The notes beneath the pieces were generated by a model that made no database searches, was not told the origin of the DNA, and worked only from the letters and a program-made list of their open reading frames with translations. From NCBI GenBank assembly GCA_038821645.1, contig JAWBDT010000021.1, forward strand, positions 1 through 26,585: DNA of 26,585 nt, given 5' to 3'. The translations under genes and the position numbers were made by a program. Shown piece by piece: positions 1 through 9,518 of this stretch. Numbering within the stretch: position 1 is the stretch's first letter; every line of letters begins with the position of its first letter. Origin of the DNA: Ignisphaera sp. GTDB lineage: Archaea > Thermoproteota > Thermoprotei_A > Sulfolobales > Ignisphaeraceae.

Positions 1-395
1 AAAGATGAGCCGTGTAACTCTATGGTTATCTGACCTTCAAATCCTCCATCTATTATTGTCGGCGGTATAGATAGACCCATTCGAGCAAATGTTGATCGAA
101 GTTCTACAAATGCCATAAGCTCTGGAGGCACCTTTATGTATTCAAGTGTTGTTAAGAGGTATCTTCTGTAGGGCTTCACAACAAATGTATTGTTCTTCCA
201 GCATCTGTAGAATCTACTTAGATCAATTTCATTAGCATATGGGTCTAGTACTTCGTCGACTTCCATTAATTCGCATACCTCATCTCCAATCCTTAGATCA
301 AGGCCATTTTCACGTACAATACTTTCATCGAAAGGCTCTATAGCTATTCTACCAGATTTGATGTAGTTCTTTAGATCGAAATCAGAGAGTATCAT
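1..395 (-). CDS. dcd: dCTP deaminase (3'-truncated by window edge; not in ORF track)
   Basis: Manual translation from ATG at 395: MILSDFDLKNYIKSGRIAIEPF...ENGLDLRIG...LLTTLEYIKVP...ELRSTFARMGL...PTIIDGGFEGQITIEL. These are the dCTP deaminase motifs (RSxxAR, IDxGFxGxITIE). A GGTGG SD lies upstream. Confidence 0.93.
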   Translation of the reverse strand, partial: MILSDFDLKNYIKSGRIAIEPFDESIVRENGLDLRIGDEVCELMEVDEVLDPYANEIDLSRFYRCWKNNTFVVKPYRRYLLTTLEYIKVPPELMAFVELRSTFARMGLSIPPTIIDGGFEGQITIELHGSS

Positions 396-514
396 ATACC
401 CACCGTAGACCCAAGTTATGCCGCAACAACTATTAAGCTGTCTAGCGTAATAAAACGGTAATAGGTTTTTTAAGGTGGTTTAACATTAATAGTTCCTACG
501 AGATATAGTGATGC

Positions 515-1204
515 TTAGGTGCTTGGTTCAAGTAACCATGCGCATTTCATTTTGTATTCATCTAGTAGATTCCTCATCTTTATAGTGCTTCTGGGATCTT
601 CTTCATAGAATATAACAGCCTCGTAGACATATATACGTGTCCTAGGATCTAACCAGCAGTCAGGATCTAAACCAGCTTTTAAACAGCATTCAGCTAAGAA
701 TGTTTCTCTATCCCAACAATACTCTATAGGAACTTGAGGTAATAGTGTTCCATTATACCAGCCTCTGGAAACTATAAGTCCGTGTTTACCCACTACAATA
801 TCATTGATACTTTTTATCTGTCTAGGCATTGATAGAATAGAGACTTCTATCACTATGTTATCAAGCTCATCTTTTGATAATGGAGGAAATCTAGGATCTT
901 CTGTAGCTGCTGCTATAGCAGCATTTATAACAGTTTTAACAAGAGGTGTTATAGGTTGAAGAAACCCTATACATCCTCTAAGCTCTTTTATTTCACTATA
1001 TCTCTCTATAGTTACAAAAGCCATACCAGGTTTTGTGAGCTTTTCTGGTGTATCTTTTGGTGGCTCAATCTTTACTCCTTCGGCTACATACTTCTCTATG
1101 GCTTGTCTAGCTAGTTTCACAAGAAATAATCCATCATTATATGTTAATTCGCTGGGTTCTATAGGATTTGACTCTAGAGACCTCATATATTTACCACTAT
1201 ACAT
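515..1204 (-). CDS. AMMECR1-domain (TIGR00296) protein
   Basis: Contains LRGCIG, AAxxDPRF, G.HGLIV, GTLLPQVP and CLKAG, the hallmark AMMECR1 motifs. Overlaps the upstream gene's stop. Confidence 0.92.
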   Translation of the reverse strand: MYSGKYMRSLESNPIEPSELTYNDGLFLVKLARQAIEKYVAEGVKIEPPKDTPEKLTKPGMAFVTIERYSEIKELRGCIGFLQPITPLVKTVINAAIAAATEDPRFPPLSKDELDNIVIEVSILSMPRQIKSINDIVVGKHGLIVSRGWYNGTLLPQVPIEYCWDRETFLAECCLKAGLDPDCWLDPRTRIYVYEAVIFYEEDPRSTIKMRNLLDEYKMKCAWLLEPST

Positions 1205-1721
1205 TTTTTTCTAATGGTTTAACTCTATTTAAAATCTTTAGTTTTTCTATTTTAGCTCTATCTAACAACTCTGTAATTGTTTTCCAGTGGTTTCCTTGCC
1301 AATAAATCTTACCACATGAATTGCATACCCAGAATTCATTGTATTTTAATGCTATATTTTTATCTATTTTATGTGACACCTCTATTAATGATGTTGTGTA
1401 TTTCAATTGATTGTTACAGCTAGGACATCGTGTATCGTTTTTATCGAAATCAAGCCTAATACTGTATTTAATTGATAATATTGCTAGAACTTTCTCTAAA
1501 GATGGCTCTTCTATAAATAGCGTTCTAACACCGTTTTTTCTAGCTCTCCTATAGAGCCCCAGATCTCTTGTGAGTAGTATTCTATCCTCTTCTTTAGCTA
1601 TCTTCATTAACCGCCAATCACTAATGGCACGATAATATAGGGTATCGTATCCAAGCAACCTTAACCATCTAGCTATATGCCCAAGCATTGAATCTGCTAT
1701 AAACCTTGGATAGCTAGGCAT
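1197..1721 (-). CDS. Mut7-C RNase domain protein (PIN-like fold plus Zn ribbon, DUF82)
   Basis: FIADSMLGHIARWLRLLGYDT, RILLTRD, RCPSCN and CNSCGKIYWQGNHW. Confidence 0.92.
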   Translation of the reverse strand: MPSYPRFIADSMLGHIARWLRLLGYDTLYYRAISDWRLMKIAKEEDRILLTRDLGLYRRARKNGVRTLFIEEPSLEKVLAILSIKYSIRLDFDKNDTRCPSCNNQLKYTTSLIEVSHKIDKNIALKYNEFWVCNSCGKIYWQGNHWKTITELLDRAKIEKLKILNRVKPLEKNV

Positions 1722-1884
1722 AGACTATTACCTTATACTTGCTACTCACTCGCCTCGTCTAGACACTGCTGTAGATCCTTACCCACTAATATGTATAAAT
1801 ATGAATTGTATACTAAAATTAAAAATGTTAACATATGTACTGTTGATGGATAGAGTGGTTAGGTGAATGTTTAATGTATTCTAA

Positions 1885-2577
1885 CTATAATCCACAACCG
1901 TGAAGATATCTATCTAACGTTTCCCTTGATCTTATAATTTTATCAACTGTTTTCCATGATCTTCTGACAATAGGCGGTAACTCTTTATGCTCATTATAGT
2001 AGGTTTTCAGCCATTCTATTGTACGTTTATCACTAGGATATCCACTACCGAAATCTCCGTAGAACTGTTTGAGCATATCTATATGACTATCTCGTAGAAC
2101 TTTAGCAATAATACTTGCAGCACTAACTACAACATACTTGTCATCTGCTTTATACTCTATTACTATGTTATGCAGATTCATGCAAATATTATTACATAAC
2201 TTAATGTACTCCATAATCTTTTGGTGATGTGTAAATGCATCTATGTAAATCCGATCTATCTTCAGGAGGCTACATGCATGTGATATAAGTCTACAGAGAG
2301 CTCTAGCTTCAAGAATATTGAGGTTTTCGCTATCTATTTCATGTGGTTGTATTCTGGTTACTATAACTGCTTCAAGTAGATTCAATACTGTACTAAACAA
2401 TCTCTCTCTATCAGCTTTCGTTAATTTCTTGCTGTCTTTAACACCCACAGACTTCAACTTCTGTACATCACCTTCTTTAATAATGACGATAACCATAAAC
2501 ATATCTCCTATAAGAGGTCCTCTACCAGCTTCATCAATTCCCGCGACTATGGGCTCCATGATTTCATGCAACCTCAT
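1885..2577 (-). CDS. rnhB: Ribonuclease HII
   Basis: GIDEAGRGP, DSKKL, KADDKYVVVSAASIIAKV and GDFGSGYPSD. The true start may be ATG 2559 (MEPIV). Confidence 0.97.
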   Translation of the reverse strand: MRLHEIMEPIVAGIDEAGRGPLIGDMFMVIVIIKEGDVQKLKSVGVKDSKKLTKADRERLFSTVLNLLEAVIVTRIQPHEIDSENLNILEARALCRLISHACSLLKIDRIYIDAFTHHQKIMEYIKLCNNICMNLHNIVIEYKADDKYVVVSAASIIAKVLRDSHIDMLKQFYGDFGSGYPSDKRTIEWLKTYYNEHKELPPIVRRSWKTVDKIIRSRETLDRYLHGCGL

Positions 2578-3619
2578 TAATAATTTTCAGTACATAATCT
2601 GATGGTTTCTCAAATTCTTTCAATAGACTTAATGCGTATCCCTTATACCTTTCAGGCTCCTTTAGATAGCTGGTTATTATTGCTAGACATTCCTCTATGT
2701 TTTTGCATCTTGAGAGAGGAAGCATCTTTTCTTGAAGACATTTATCTACATAGAGATCTTCTGGAAAAAGACTTAGTCCCGGTGTTCCTAATAGAGCAGC
2801 TTCTCTAGCTAATGATGCTCCACCTGTTACAACAATAGATGCATAGTAGATAAGTTTATGCCCTACTACTCCTTTCTCCAACTTTGGAATAAATATTCTC
2901 TTATCATGTCCAATTGATTTAAGTATAGAATCCTCTCTATACCTAGGTAGATACACTATCGTTAGATTATTCTCGAGCAACTTCTTAACAATGTTTCTGA
3001 AGAGCTCTACTGCATCACTATACCTATAATACGAAGCCTTAATCTCTGGAGGTCTAACAACAGCATAATTATATGGTTCAAGCTCCAAGAGCTTTACATA
3101 ATGTATATCTGGTGTAAAATCCTTGAGCCATTCAACTTCATCTACACCATTGTATTGAATAAGCTTCGATTTATTCTTATATACATAGACTTCTATGGCT
3201 TCACGAGGTATACAGCTAGAGAATATAACATAATCTGCTAGAGGTAGAGAAAGTCTTGAGGGTATCTCGCTATGTGGACTATCCGTTAACACTATGTAGG
3301 GTTTACCTAAACCGAATGCGATCCTAGCTGCTAGAGGGTTTGGATAGGATATCGCTAAATCAAATCTATTGTTAACAATATTCAGTAGCTCATACATTCT
3401 TTCAATTTCTTTAACAAGCTTCTCATACCTATCTTCTCCATATCCTCCAACAGAAATAAAGCTTATTCCAAGATTCTTAAGAACCGCTTCTGTGTAATCA
3501 TAGCTCCGTGTAGTTACAACAATATTAAAACCATGCTTATTTAATCTGATGGATAGTGTACCAAGCAGTAACGCTTGTTTTGGAGTTAGTATATCTAACC
3601 ATATCGATATTCTTGACAT
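2564..3619 (-). CDS. DUF354 family protein (GT-B glycosyltransferase-like fold)
   Basis: IWLDILTPKQ N-terminus, VTTR, ARIAFGLGKP, YNGVDEVEW, VVRP and GGASLAREAALLGTP. Confidence 0.85.
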   Translation of the reverse strand: MSRISIWLDILTPKQALLLGTLSIRLNKHGFNIVVTTRSYDYTEAVLKNLGISFISVGGYGEDRYEKLVKEIERMYELLNIVNNRFDLAISYPNPLAARIAFGLGKPYIVLTDSPHSEIPSRLSLPLADYVIFSSCIPREAIEVYVYKNKSKLIQYNGVDEVEWLKDFTPDIHYVKLLELEPYNYAVVRPPEIKASYYRYSDAVELFRNIVKKLLENNLTIVYLPRYREDSILKSIGHDKRIFIPKLEKGVVGHKLIYYASIVVTGGASLAREAALLGTPGLSLFPEDLYVDKCLQEKMLPLSRCKNIEECLAIITSYLKEPERYKGYALSLLKEFEKPSDYVLKIINEVA

Positions 3620-3748
3620 CGCTAGCTATGCACCATTAGATCCTATCTAAGACAAGAAAATAAGGATTATCAAAAACTTGTGAAAGCTATCACAGTTATG
3701 TTGTGATTAATGGAAATATATTTTTACTCTAAAACCTAAGGACTAAAG

Positions 3749-5140
3749 ATGGTGTCTGGTATGGATATTGAGCGCAAACTGTTTGGTACAGATGGTGTTA
3801 GATGGATTGTGGATAAAGAGTCAATAGAATTTGTACTAAGGTTGGCATATGCTATTGCAAGTTATTTTCCTTCAGGTTCTAGAGCTTTAGTAGGTATGGA
3901 TGGAAGAGTGGGGAATCCAGCTATCTATGGAGCTATAATGAGTGCATTAGCCTCTAGTGGATCAAAAGTTTATGATGCTGGTTTACTCCCTACACCTGCT
4001 TTACAGCTATGTGTTAGAGACTTAGGATTTGATTATGGAATAATGGTTACAGCTAGCCATAATCCTCCTGAATGGGTTGGTATAAAGGTCGTTCTTAGTG
4101 ACGGTATAGAAGCTCCACCGGAGGTCGATAAACAAATCGAAGAAATATTTTTCTCAAATAGATTCAGGAGAGTTTCGTGGTATAACATCAAATCCATAGA
4201 GAAATTCGATACAGCATTGATTCACTATATAGAGGCTGTAAAAAAACATATAGATAGTGAAGCTATACAACGTAGAAAACCTAAAATAGTTGTAGATTGT
4301 GCAAATAGCGTTTCAGCTTTAACAACTCCACGCATACTGAAGGAGCTAGGCGCTAAGGTGCTTTCAGTAAACTGTGATATTGGTATTCCGTATAGAGCTT
4401 ATGAACCTACACCAGAATCATTGAGAGACTTTATGGAGATAGTCAGAGGTATTGGTGCTGACTTTGGTGTTGCTCATGATGGTGATGGTGATAGAGCTAT
4501 AGTTATTGACGAAAAAGGCAATTTTGTAGCTGGCGATATATTTGCCGTTACACTCACAAACTATGTAGCTAGAAAGAATCCTGAGCTTCCTAAAAGAATT
4601 GTAACAGCAATATCCACAAGTCACTTCTTGGTTCAGAAAAACATTATGTCAAGAGGTATTGATGTTATATGGACTAAAGTAGGGTTTCTCAATATAGCTA
4701 GAAAGATAAAGGAGCTGGGTAGTGCTCTCTCAGGTTTTGAAGATAATGGTGGATTTGCATATATTCCTCATCAATTAGTTAGAGATGGATCCATGACAGC
4801 AGCTCTCGTTACTGAAATGATAAGTACTGAAACCAGATCTTTGTCTCAATTTATTAATGAGGTTGAAAATCCTGTTATAATAAGGACCAAGATACCTATA
4901 TCAAGTAGGGAAGAAGTTTTCAAGATAATTGAAACTCTTAGAAATAGTTTCACTAATTATAACCGTATCGAAATAGACGGTATAAAGATTGTGACCAATA
5001 GCTATGCATTTCTTGTAAGGCCAAGTGGAACAGAGCCCCTCATAAGGATAACTGTCGAGTCCTGGGACAGAGATATAGCTGAAAGAGTTTTAACTGAATT
5101 AATATCTATTATACAGAAGTCTCGTGGTGACATAAACTGA
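3749..5140 (+). CDS. Phosphoglucomutase/phosphomannomutase (alpha-D-phosphohexomutase family)
   Basis: LFGTDGVR, catalytic TASHNP, metal loop DGDGDR and RPSGTEP. The start may be ATG 3761, which follows a GGTG SD. Confidence 0.95.
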   Translation: MVSGMDIERKLFGTDGVRWIVDKESIEFVLRLAYAIASYFPSGSRALVGMDGRVGNPAIYGAIMSALASSGSKVYDAGLLPTPALQLCVRDLGFDYGIMVTASHNPPEWVGIKVVLSDGIEAPPEVDKQIEEIFFSNRFRRVSWYNIKSIEKFDTALIHYIEAVKKHIDSEAIQRRKPKIVVDCANSVSALTTPRILKELGAKVLSVNCDIGIPYRAYEPTPESLRDFMEIVRGIGADFGVAHDGDGDRAIVIDEKGNFVAGDIFAVTLTNYVARKNPELPKRIVTAISTSHFLVQKNIMSRGIDVIWTKVGFLNIARKIKELGSALSGFEDNGGFAYIPHQLVRDGSMTAALVTEMISTETRSLSQFINEVENPVIIRTKIPISSREEVFKIIETLRNSFTNYNRIEIDGIKIVTNSYAFLVRPSGTEPLIRITVESWDRDIAERVLTELISIIQKSRGDIN

Positions 5141-5532
5141 AATACCGATTATTGAACTATATTGCATGTCCTTATTGCAAAGATGGAGGCTTTCCATTGA
5201 AGCTTATTGTTTTTGAAATCTCTATCCATGAAAAAAGATCTATACCACCACAAACATCTAAACCTCTTTGCGATCTATATTGTGGTTATAAAAATTCTTA
5301 TATAAGGGATTTAACAGAGTACAGTTGTGATGAGTGTATAAAGATTGAAATTAAGGATGGTATACTGTATTGCAGTTCATGTATGAGATGGTATCCAATA
5401 ATAGATGAAATACCGAGAATTCTTCCAGATAACTACAGAAAATCTGAAGAAGATCTAAAGTTTCTATCCATGTATAGGGATAAAGTTCCTGAAGAAATAA
5501 GAAGACAAGGTAGACCTTTCAAACTAGATTAA
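5137..5532 (+). CDS. Trm112-family methyltransferase activator with Cys-rich insertion; probable CTG start
   Basis: IACPYCK..FPL and DGILYCSSCMRWYPIIDEIPRILPD are Trm112 motifs. The in-frame extension CTG AAA TAC CGA TTA TTG gives (M)KYRLLNYIAC. GGTGA SD at 5126-5130 is 6 nt upstream of the CTG. The ORF track starts at TTG 5152. Confidence 0.88.
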   Translation: MKYRLLNYIACPYCKDGGFPLKLIVFEISIHEKRSIPPQTSKPLCDLYCGYKNSYIRDLTEYSCDECIKIEIKDGILYCSSCMRWYPIIDEIPRILPDNYRKSEEDLKFLSMYRDKVPEEIRRQGRPFKLD

Positions 5533-5597
5533 GTAGAGAAACATCCTCATATTAAGTTAAAATCCGTGTAAAGTATAATGAGATCTAGTGCTGAAAC

Positions 5598-6008
5598 ATG
5601 TCTTCATTATATGAGAGTTTAACTCGTTGGGTAGAAATGCAAAAGAAAGTAAAGGAATGGTTTGATAGTGTATACAGTAATGTAAAGAACGGAGACAGAC
5701 TTGAGCTAATACTCTATACAAGAATGGCTTTCCAACACATACTAAGAACAGTAAAAGCTTTTGATAACTGGCTCCAGGATCCCTTCATAATAAGCAATAT
5801 GCCAAAAGAAGAACTAGAATCTGTGTGGGAGTCCACATACAACTTGCTTCAGCAACTTCTTGATCTCGATGTAAAACACACTAGTGGTGTACGAGATTAT
5901 TTGATGAAACTTGAGAAAGAAGGTAAAATCAATCCCATGCTTGTTGAAATCTTTGGTGAAGGTTCTAGAAGAAGAGAGAATAGAGAAAGAGTAACATTAT
6001 CTATATAG
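5598..6008 (+). CDS. DUF2153 family conserved crenarchaeal protein
   Basis: WVEMQKKV, DRLELIL.TRMAFQHILRTVKAFDNWLQDP, MPKEEL and LDVKHTS. Confidence 0.85.
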   Translation: MSSLYESLTRWVEMQKKVKEWFDSVYSNVKNGDRLELILYTRMAFQHILRTVKAFDNWLQDPFIISNMPKEELESVWESTYNLLQQLLDLDVKHTSGVRDYLMKLEKEGKINPMLVEIFGEGSRRRENRERVTLSI

Positions 6009-6096
6009 CAGTAAAGTAGAATAGATTAGAAGATAGTGAAATATTTTTGATAATTGATGTATAAATCTAAACATTTGTTATTATTTGACTTCTATT

Positions 6097-6564
6097 TTAT
6101 CTTCTGCCTGTAGCTATTAGCGATACCTCTTCATCAACAAGCTGAACTCTTGTCTTTAACTCTTCTGCTGCTTGTAACACATCATTAAAATTCTCTACTT
6201 CTTTAGCTATTGATTCTAGAAACTCTTGACCATTGCTTGTAACTTTAAGCTTCTTATTCTTTGGATTAACCTCAATAAGACCTGTATACAGTAGTGCCTT
6301 AATATCGTCTTGTAATTCTCTGATTACTGTCCTATTACCTAATTTGACTATGGTGTAATTTATATTAAATCCTTTTTCATCCTTAAGTAACGTTATGAGA
6401 TAAGCCAAGCCTTTTTCACTTACCTCATTATAGTTCCTTATGATGTTGAGTAGTAGTAGCTTTCTTTTGTCCTTTTTTATCTGATCTAATGTTATTATCT
6501 GTGTTGAAAATATTTTTAGCTCCTTTGTTTTTTGTTGAGTTCCTACTGTTTTTTCAGGAGACAA
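6097..6564 (-). CDS. Conserved hypothetical protein, probable winged-helix domain
   Basis: 155-aa ORF with TTG start after a GAAGGTGA SD. The segment L.YTGLIEVNPKNKKLKVTSNGQEFL resembles a wHTH wing. Confidence 0.65.
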   Translation of the reverse strand: MSPEKTVGTQQKTKELKIFSTQIITLDQIKKDKRKLLLLNIIRNYNEVSEKGLAYLITLLKDEKGFNINYTIVKLGNRTVIRELQDDIKALLYTGLIEVNPKNKKLKVTSNGQEFLESIAKEVENFNDVLQAAEELKTRVQLVDEEVSLIATGRR

Positions 6565-6585
6565 ACTTCTATCACCTTCTTCAGA

Positions 6586-7386
6586 TTAGGATAGTTTTTG
6601 CATATCGCTTATATATTTGATGAGTTCATAAGCTTTATCGCCGTATATGTTTAAATACTTTTCTAGATCGACTGAGGCTTCTACTTGTTTCTTACTAAAT
6701 AATTCATGTATTACTTCTGCAAGATGATGTAACTTTTTCTCTAAATTAAATGCTGTTAACATCAACTTCTTGTAGTTATCGATATTCTGTGACAAGAATA
6801 GTAATGCAATAATTGATGCAATTATGTGTAGCATTAGTACATAACGCATTTTATCAACTTCCAAACCTATGTTTATAAGTACCATAATCATGGAAACTAA
6901 AGGAAGAGCTGTAATGAAGAATAATGATGATTGTATATCGAGCAGAAGTAGAGTTACTATAGCTATATTTAGCCATAGGATCATATTTACTGATATTAAT
7001 GTGTTTTCTGTAGCTACAGTTAGTGCTGTTATCGATATAGATGTAATAACGTACAATGTTGTTAATAGTATTACAATAAATTTAGTTCTTATGTAATTAG
7101 AGCGAATATTATTAACAACTCTATCTATATTGGTAATAAAGTTTTCTATTTCACTCTTGATTACCTCCTTACTTTCTTTTTGATTTTGTATTTTTTCATT
7201 AATGTGTGATATCATGCCATAGAATTCATTAAACATATCTATGTACTTTCCACTGAATATAGTTACTTTCTCTATTTCTCTAAAGTTATCTATAGATTTT
7301 TCGAGACGTTGCGCTGTACTCTCCATCCCTATATTTTTTAATATCTCAATTAATTTTGACAAACTATCAATTAATCTTCTATACAC
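6586..7386 (-). CDS. Hypothetical membrane protein (coiled-coil ends, about 4 central TM helices)
   Basis: 266-aa ORF with hydrophobic block at about aa 103-198, tightly packed between co-oriented genes. Confidence 0.7.
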   Translation of the reverse strand: MYRRLIDSLSKLIEILKNIGMESTAQRLEKSIDNFREIEKVTIFSGKYIDMFNEFYGMISHINEKIQNQKESKEVIKSEIENFITNIDRVVNNIRSNYIRTKFIVILLTTLYVITSISITALTVATENTLISVNMILWLNIAIVTLLLLDIQSSLFFITALPLVSMIMVLINIGLEVDKMRYVLMLHIIASIIALLFLSQNIDNYKKLMLTAFNLEKKLHHLAEVIHELFSKKQVEASVDLEKYLNIYGDKAYELIKYISDMQKLS

Positions 7387-7401
7387 AGTTGGAATAGCTA
7401 T

Positions 7402-8862
7402 TCACCTAAATATATTGAAGATTGTTTTTTCTAGACCTAAAGCTAGTTTCCTCCAAAGATTTATTGTTTCAATTATATTTTCTCTATTTAGGTATTCATG
7501 TAACTGAATAATCAGGTAGCTATATACTAATGGTGTTAGCTGAACTGCATAGAAACTATATTGTGTTCTACTCCCTAGCAACCATATGATTAGATAACCT
7601 AAGAAGATGCCGAAGATCATGTACCATGCTTTTCTAGATGTTCTATCATTTACCATACTTGGTAAAGCAAACCACATTAGAATAAAACTTATGGCATATG
7701 CTGGTACAAATCCTTGTGCAGGTATGTTTGGAGAAAGATATAGTACAAAAGAATTGATTCCAAAGAACCATTCCCAAGGAGCTGAATAAGGAGGACATTT
7801 AGTGGGGTCAACACATTTAGCTGATAGATGCCATGATATTGCACCAAAGATTCCTTGTTTAAGCCATTCACCTAATCCTATTCTAAGGATAAATGGCACA
7901 GATACAAGCAGTTGGAAAAAGATAAAGGATAGAATCATCAAGATCACAAAGTAAGTTGTACTACTTATCACATCAGATGTTTTGAATCCCTTCTTAAACA
8001 TATGATTTAGGTACATAAATACTAGAGGTATAGCTGCAATAACTGCAGTAAACTTAAACGTAGATGCAAAACCTAAGAGTAAGGCAGCTTCCTTAAACCT
8101 GCCTTTAGCAGCAACATATAGTGTTAATGTCGTGAAGGCAGCTACATATATGTCTAGCAATGCTACCGCAGACATAACCTTAATGAGAGGATCTACTGCT
8201 ACAACTGCAGCTGCTATAAGACCTAGTTCTTGAGATTTCGTTAATTCATAAACTAGTAGAAACGTAAATATAACGGTTAATACACCCATTATTATTGATG
8301 GAATCCTCCAAATAAAAGGTTTGTCGCCTAACATATATATGGATAAAGCTATGATGTACTTGGCTGTTGGTGGATGCTCGAGATTAAGGTAGTTATTTAT
8401 GTTTTCATGATCACCTACAATCCACCCATAGACTATATCACCTGCATTTACATCTTTGGCAAAATTGGTTATTGATTCAATTGATTGAGCTTCAACGTAT
8501 AGCACGTTTAATTTACTAAAAACATTAGCACCAGCAATTATCTTTATGTCATAAAAGTTTGCAAGAGTTTCTGCTCTTAATAAACTTTCTTTTGAGGTAA
8601 ATATAATTGATGCTCTAATAGGAGATGTAGATGGTACTAAATTGAATATCTTGTGCAATATATTTCGAGCAGAATTGACATACCATACTTCATCAGATAC
8701 ATAGCCCTTGGTGTTAGGAAATGTTGATAACTCTTTTTTCTCTAGAAATAGTGCAAGATCACAATATGTGTATACAGCTATTGCTACAATTAATGTAAGT
8801 ACTATATACACCATAAATTTATTTAACATAGTATTCCACCCATTGCGTAATGTAGTCACCAT
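7402..8862 (-). CDS. GT39/PMT-like (dolichyl-phosphate-mannose-protein mannosyltransferase family) glycosyltransferase
   Basis: SDEVWYV (DE acceptor motif), NLEHPP.AKYII, WRIPS, ALLDIY, S.KF and SAPWEW, with many TM helices. Start uncertain (8862 or a later ATG). Confidence 0.85.
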   Translation of the reverse strand: MVTTLRNGWNTMLNKFMVYIVLTLIVAIAVYTYCDLALFLEKKELSTFPNTKGYVSDEVWYVNSARNILHKIFNLVPSTSPIRASIIFTSKESLLRAETLANFYDIKIIAGANVFSKLNVLYVEAQSIESITNFAKDVNAGDIVYGWIVGDHENINNYLNLEHPPTAKYIIALSIYMLGDKPFIWRIPSIIMGVLTVIFTFLLVYELTKSQELGLIAAAVVAVDPLIKVMSAVALLDIYVAAFTTLTLYVAAKGRFKEAALLLGFASTFKFTAVIAAIPLVFMYLNHMFKKGFKTSDVISSTTYFVILMILSFIFFQLLVSVPFILRIGLGEWLKQGIFGAISWHLSAKCVDPTKCPPYSAPWEWFFGINSFVLYLSPNIPAQGFVPAYAISFILMWFALPSMVNDRTSRKAWYMIFGIFLGYLIIWLLGSRTQYSFYAVQLTPLVYSYLIIQLHEYLNRENIIETINLWRKLALGLEKTIFNIFR

Positions 8863-9021
8863 GTTAAGTTTTATATAAATAGTCTATATACCTTTATGAA
8901 GTTTGTCACTTTGTATGTAATACTATGTTTAGGTTTAGACATTTATACATGTTGAATTGATGTATTTTCACTTAGAGGTATTGTGATAATATAGAAAAAA
9001 TGAAATTGATGAACTTGATCA

Positions 9022-9441
9022 CTAATTTCGCACTTTCGAGAAACTACTTCTATCTGCGTAATTAGCCGTAAAGTATTTTGGATTCAAACACTTCACTATA
9101 TATTCAAATGCTTTCCAAGGATCACTCTTTTCTCCACATGTGTATACATCTACTGTTGCATAACCATATTCAAGCCATGTATGTATAGCTATATGACTTT
9201 CAACAATAAGCGCTATAACAGAAACCCCACCCTTCCTACCACCAAAACTCCACGACTTTATATCGTATAATGTCATGTTAGCTATTTTCGCTGCCTCTAT
9301 AACTACTTGTCTCAATTTTTCTTCATTTCCTGCTACCTCTATATCTACATCATAGAGATTGCCATAGACATGTTTTCCTATAACTCTGTCCATACCCTCA
9401 TTATTATGCTCTACGTTTTGATTATTTCCTTTATCTACCAT
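9022..9441 (-). CDS. Pyruvoyl-dependent decarboxylase proenzyme, AdoMetDC family; probably the crenarchaeal arginine decarboxylase paralog
   Basis: ESHIAIHTW self-cleavage motif and [17 protein letters not shown] and [12 protein letters not shown] resemble the ArgDC clade as recalled for Sulfolobus SSO0536. Confidence 0.9.
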   Translation of the reverse strand: MVDKGNNQNVEHNNEGMDRVIGKHVYGNLYDVDIEVAGNEEKLRQVVIEAAKIANMTLYDIKSWSFGGRKGGVSVIALIVESHIAIHTWLEYGYATVDVYTCGEKSDPWKAFEYIVKCLNPKYFTANYADRSSFSKVRN

Positions 9442-9518
9442 CCCATTTTAACCCATTATGCTAACAATCTCTCGCTAGCATGTTCTCCGGTTTATAAGCA
9501 CTACGGTCATAATATCAT

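Noticed and set aside
1742-1786. 14-codon minus-strand mini-ORF (GTG...MGKDLQQCLDEASE) upstream of Mut7-C
   Set aside because: Too short, with no clear SD or recognisable homology. Cannot be supported from sequence alone.
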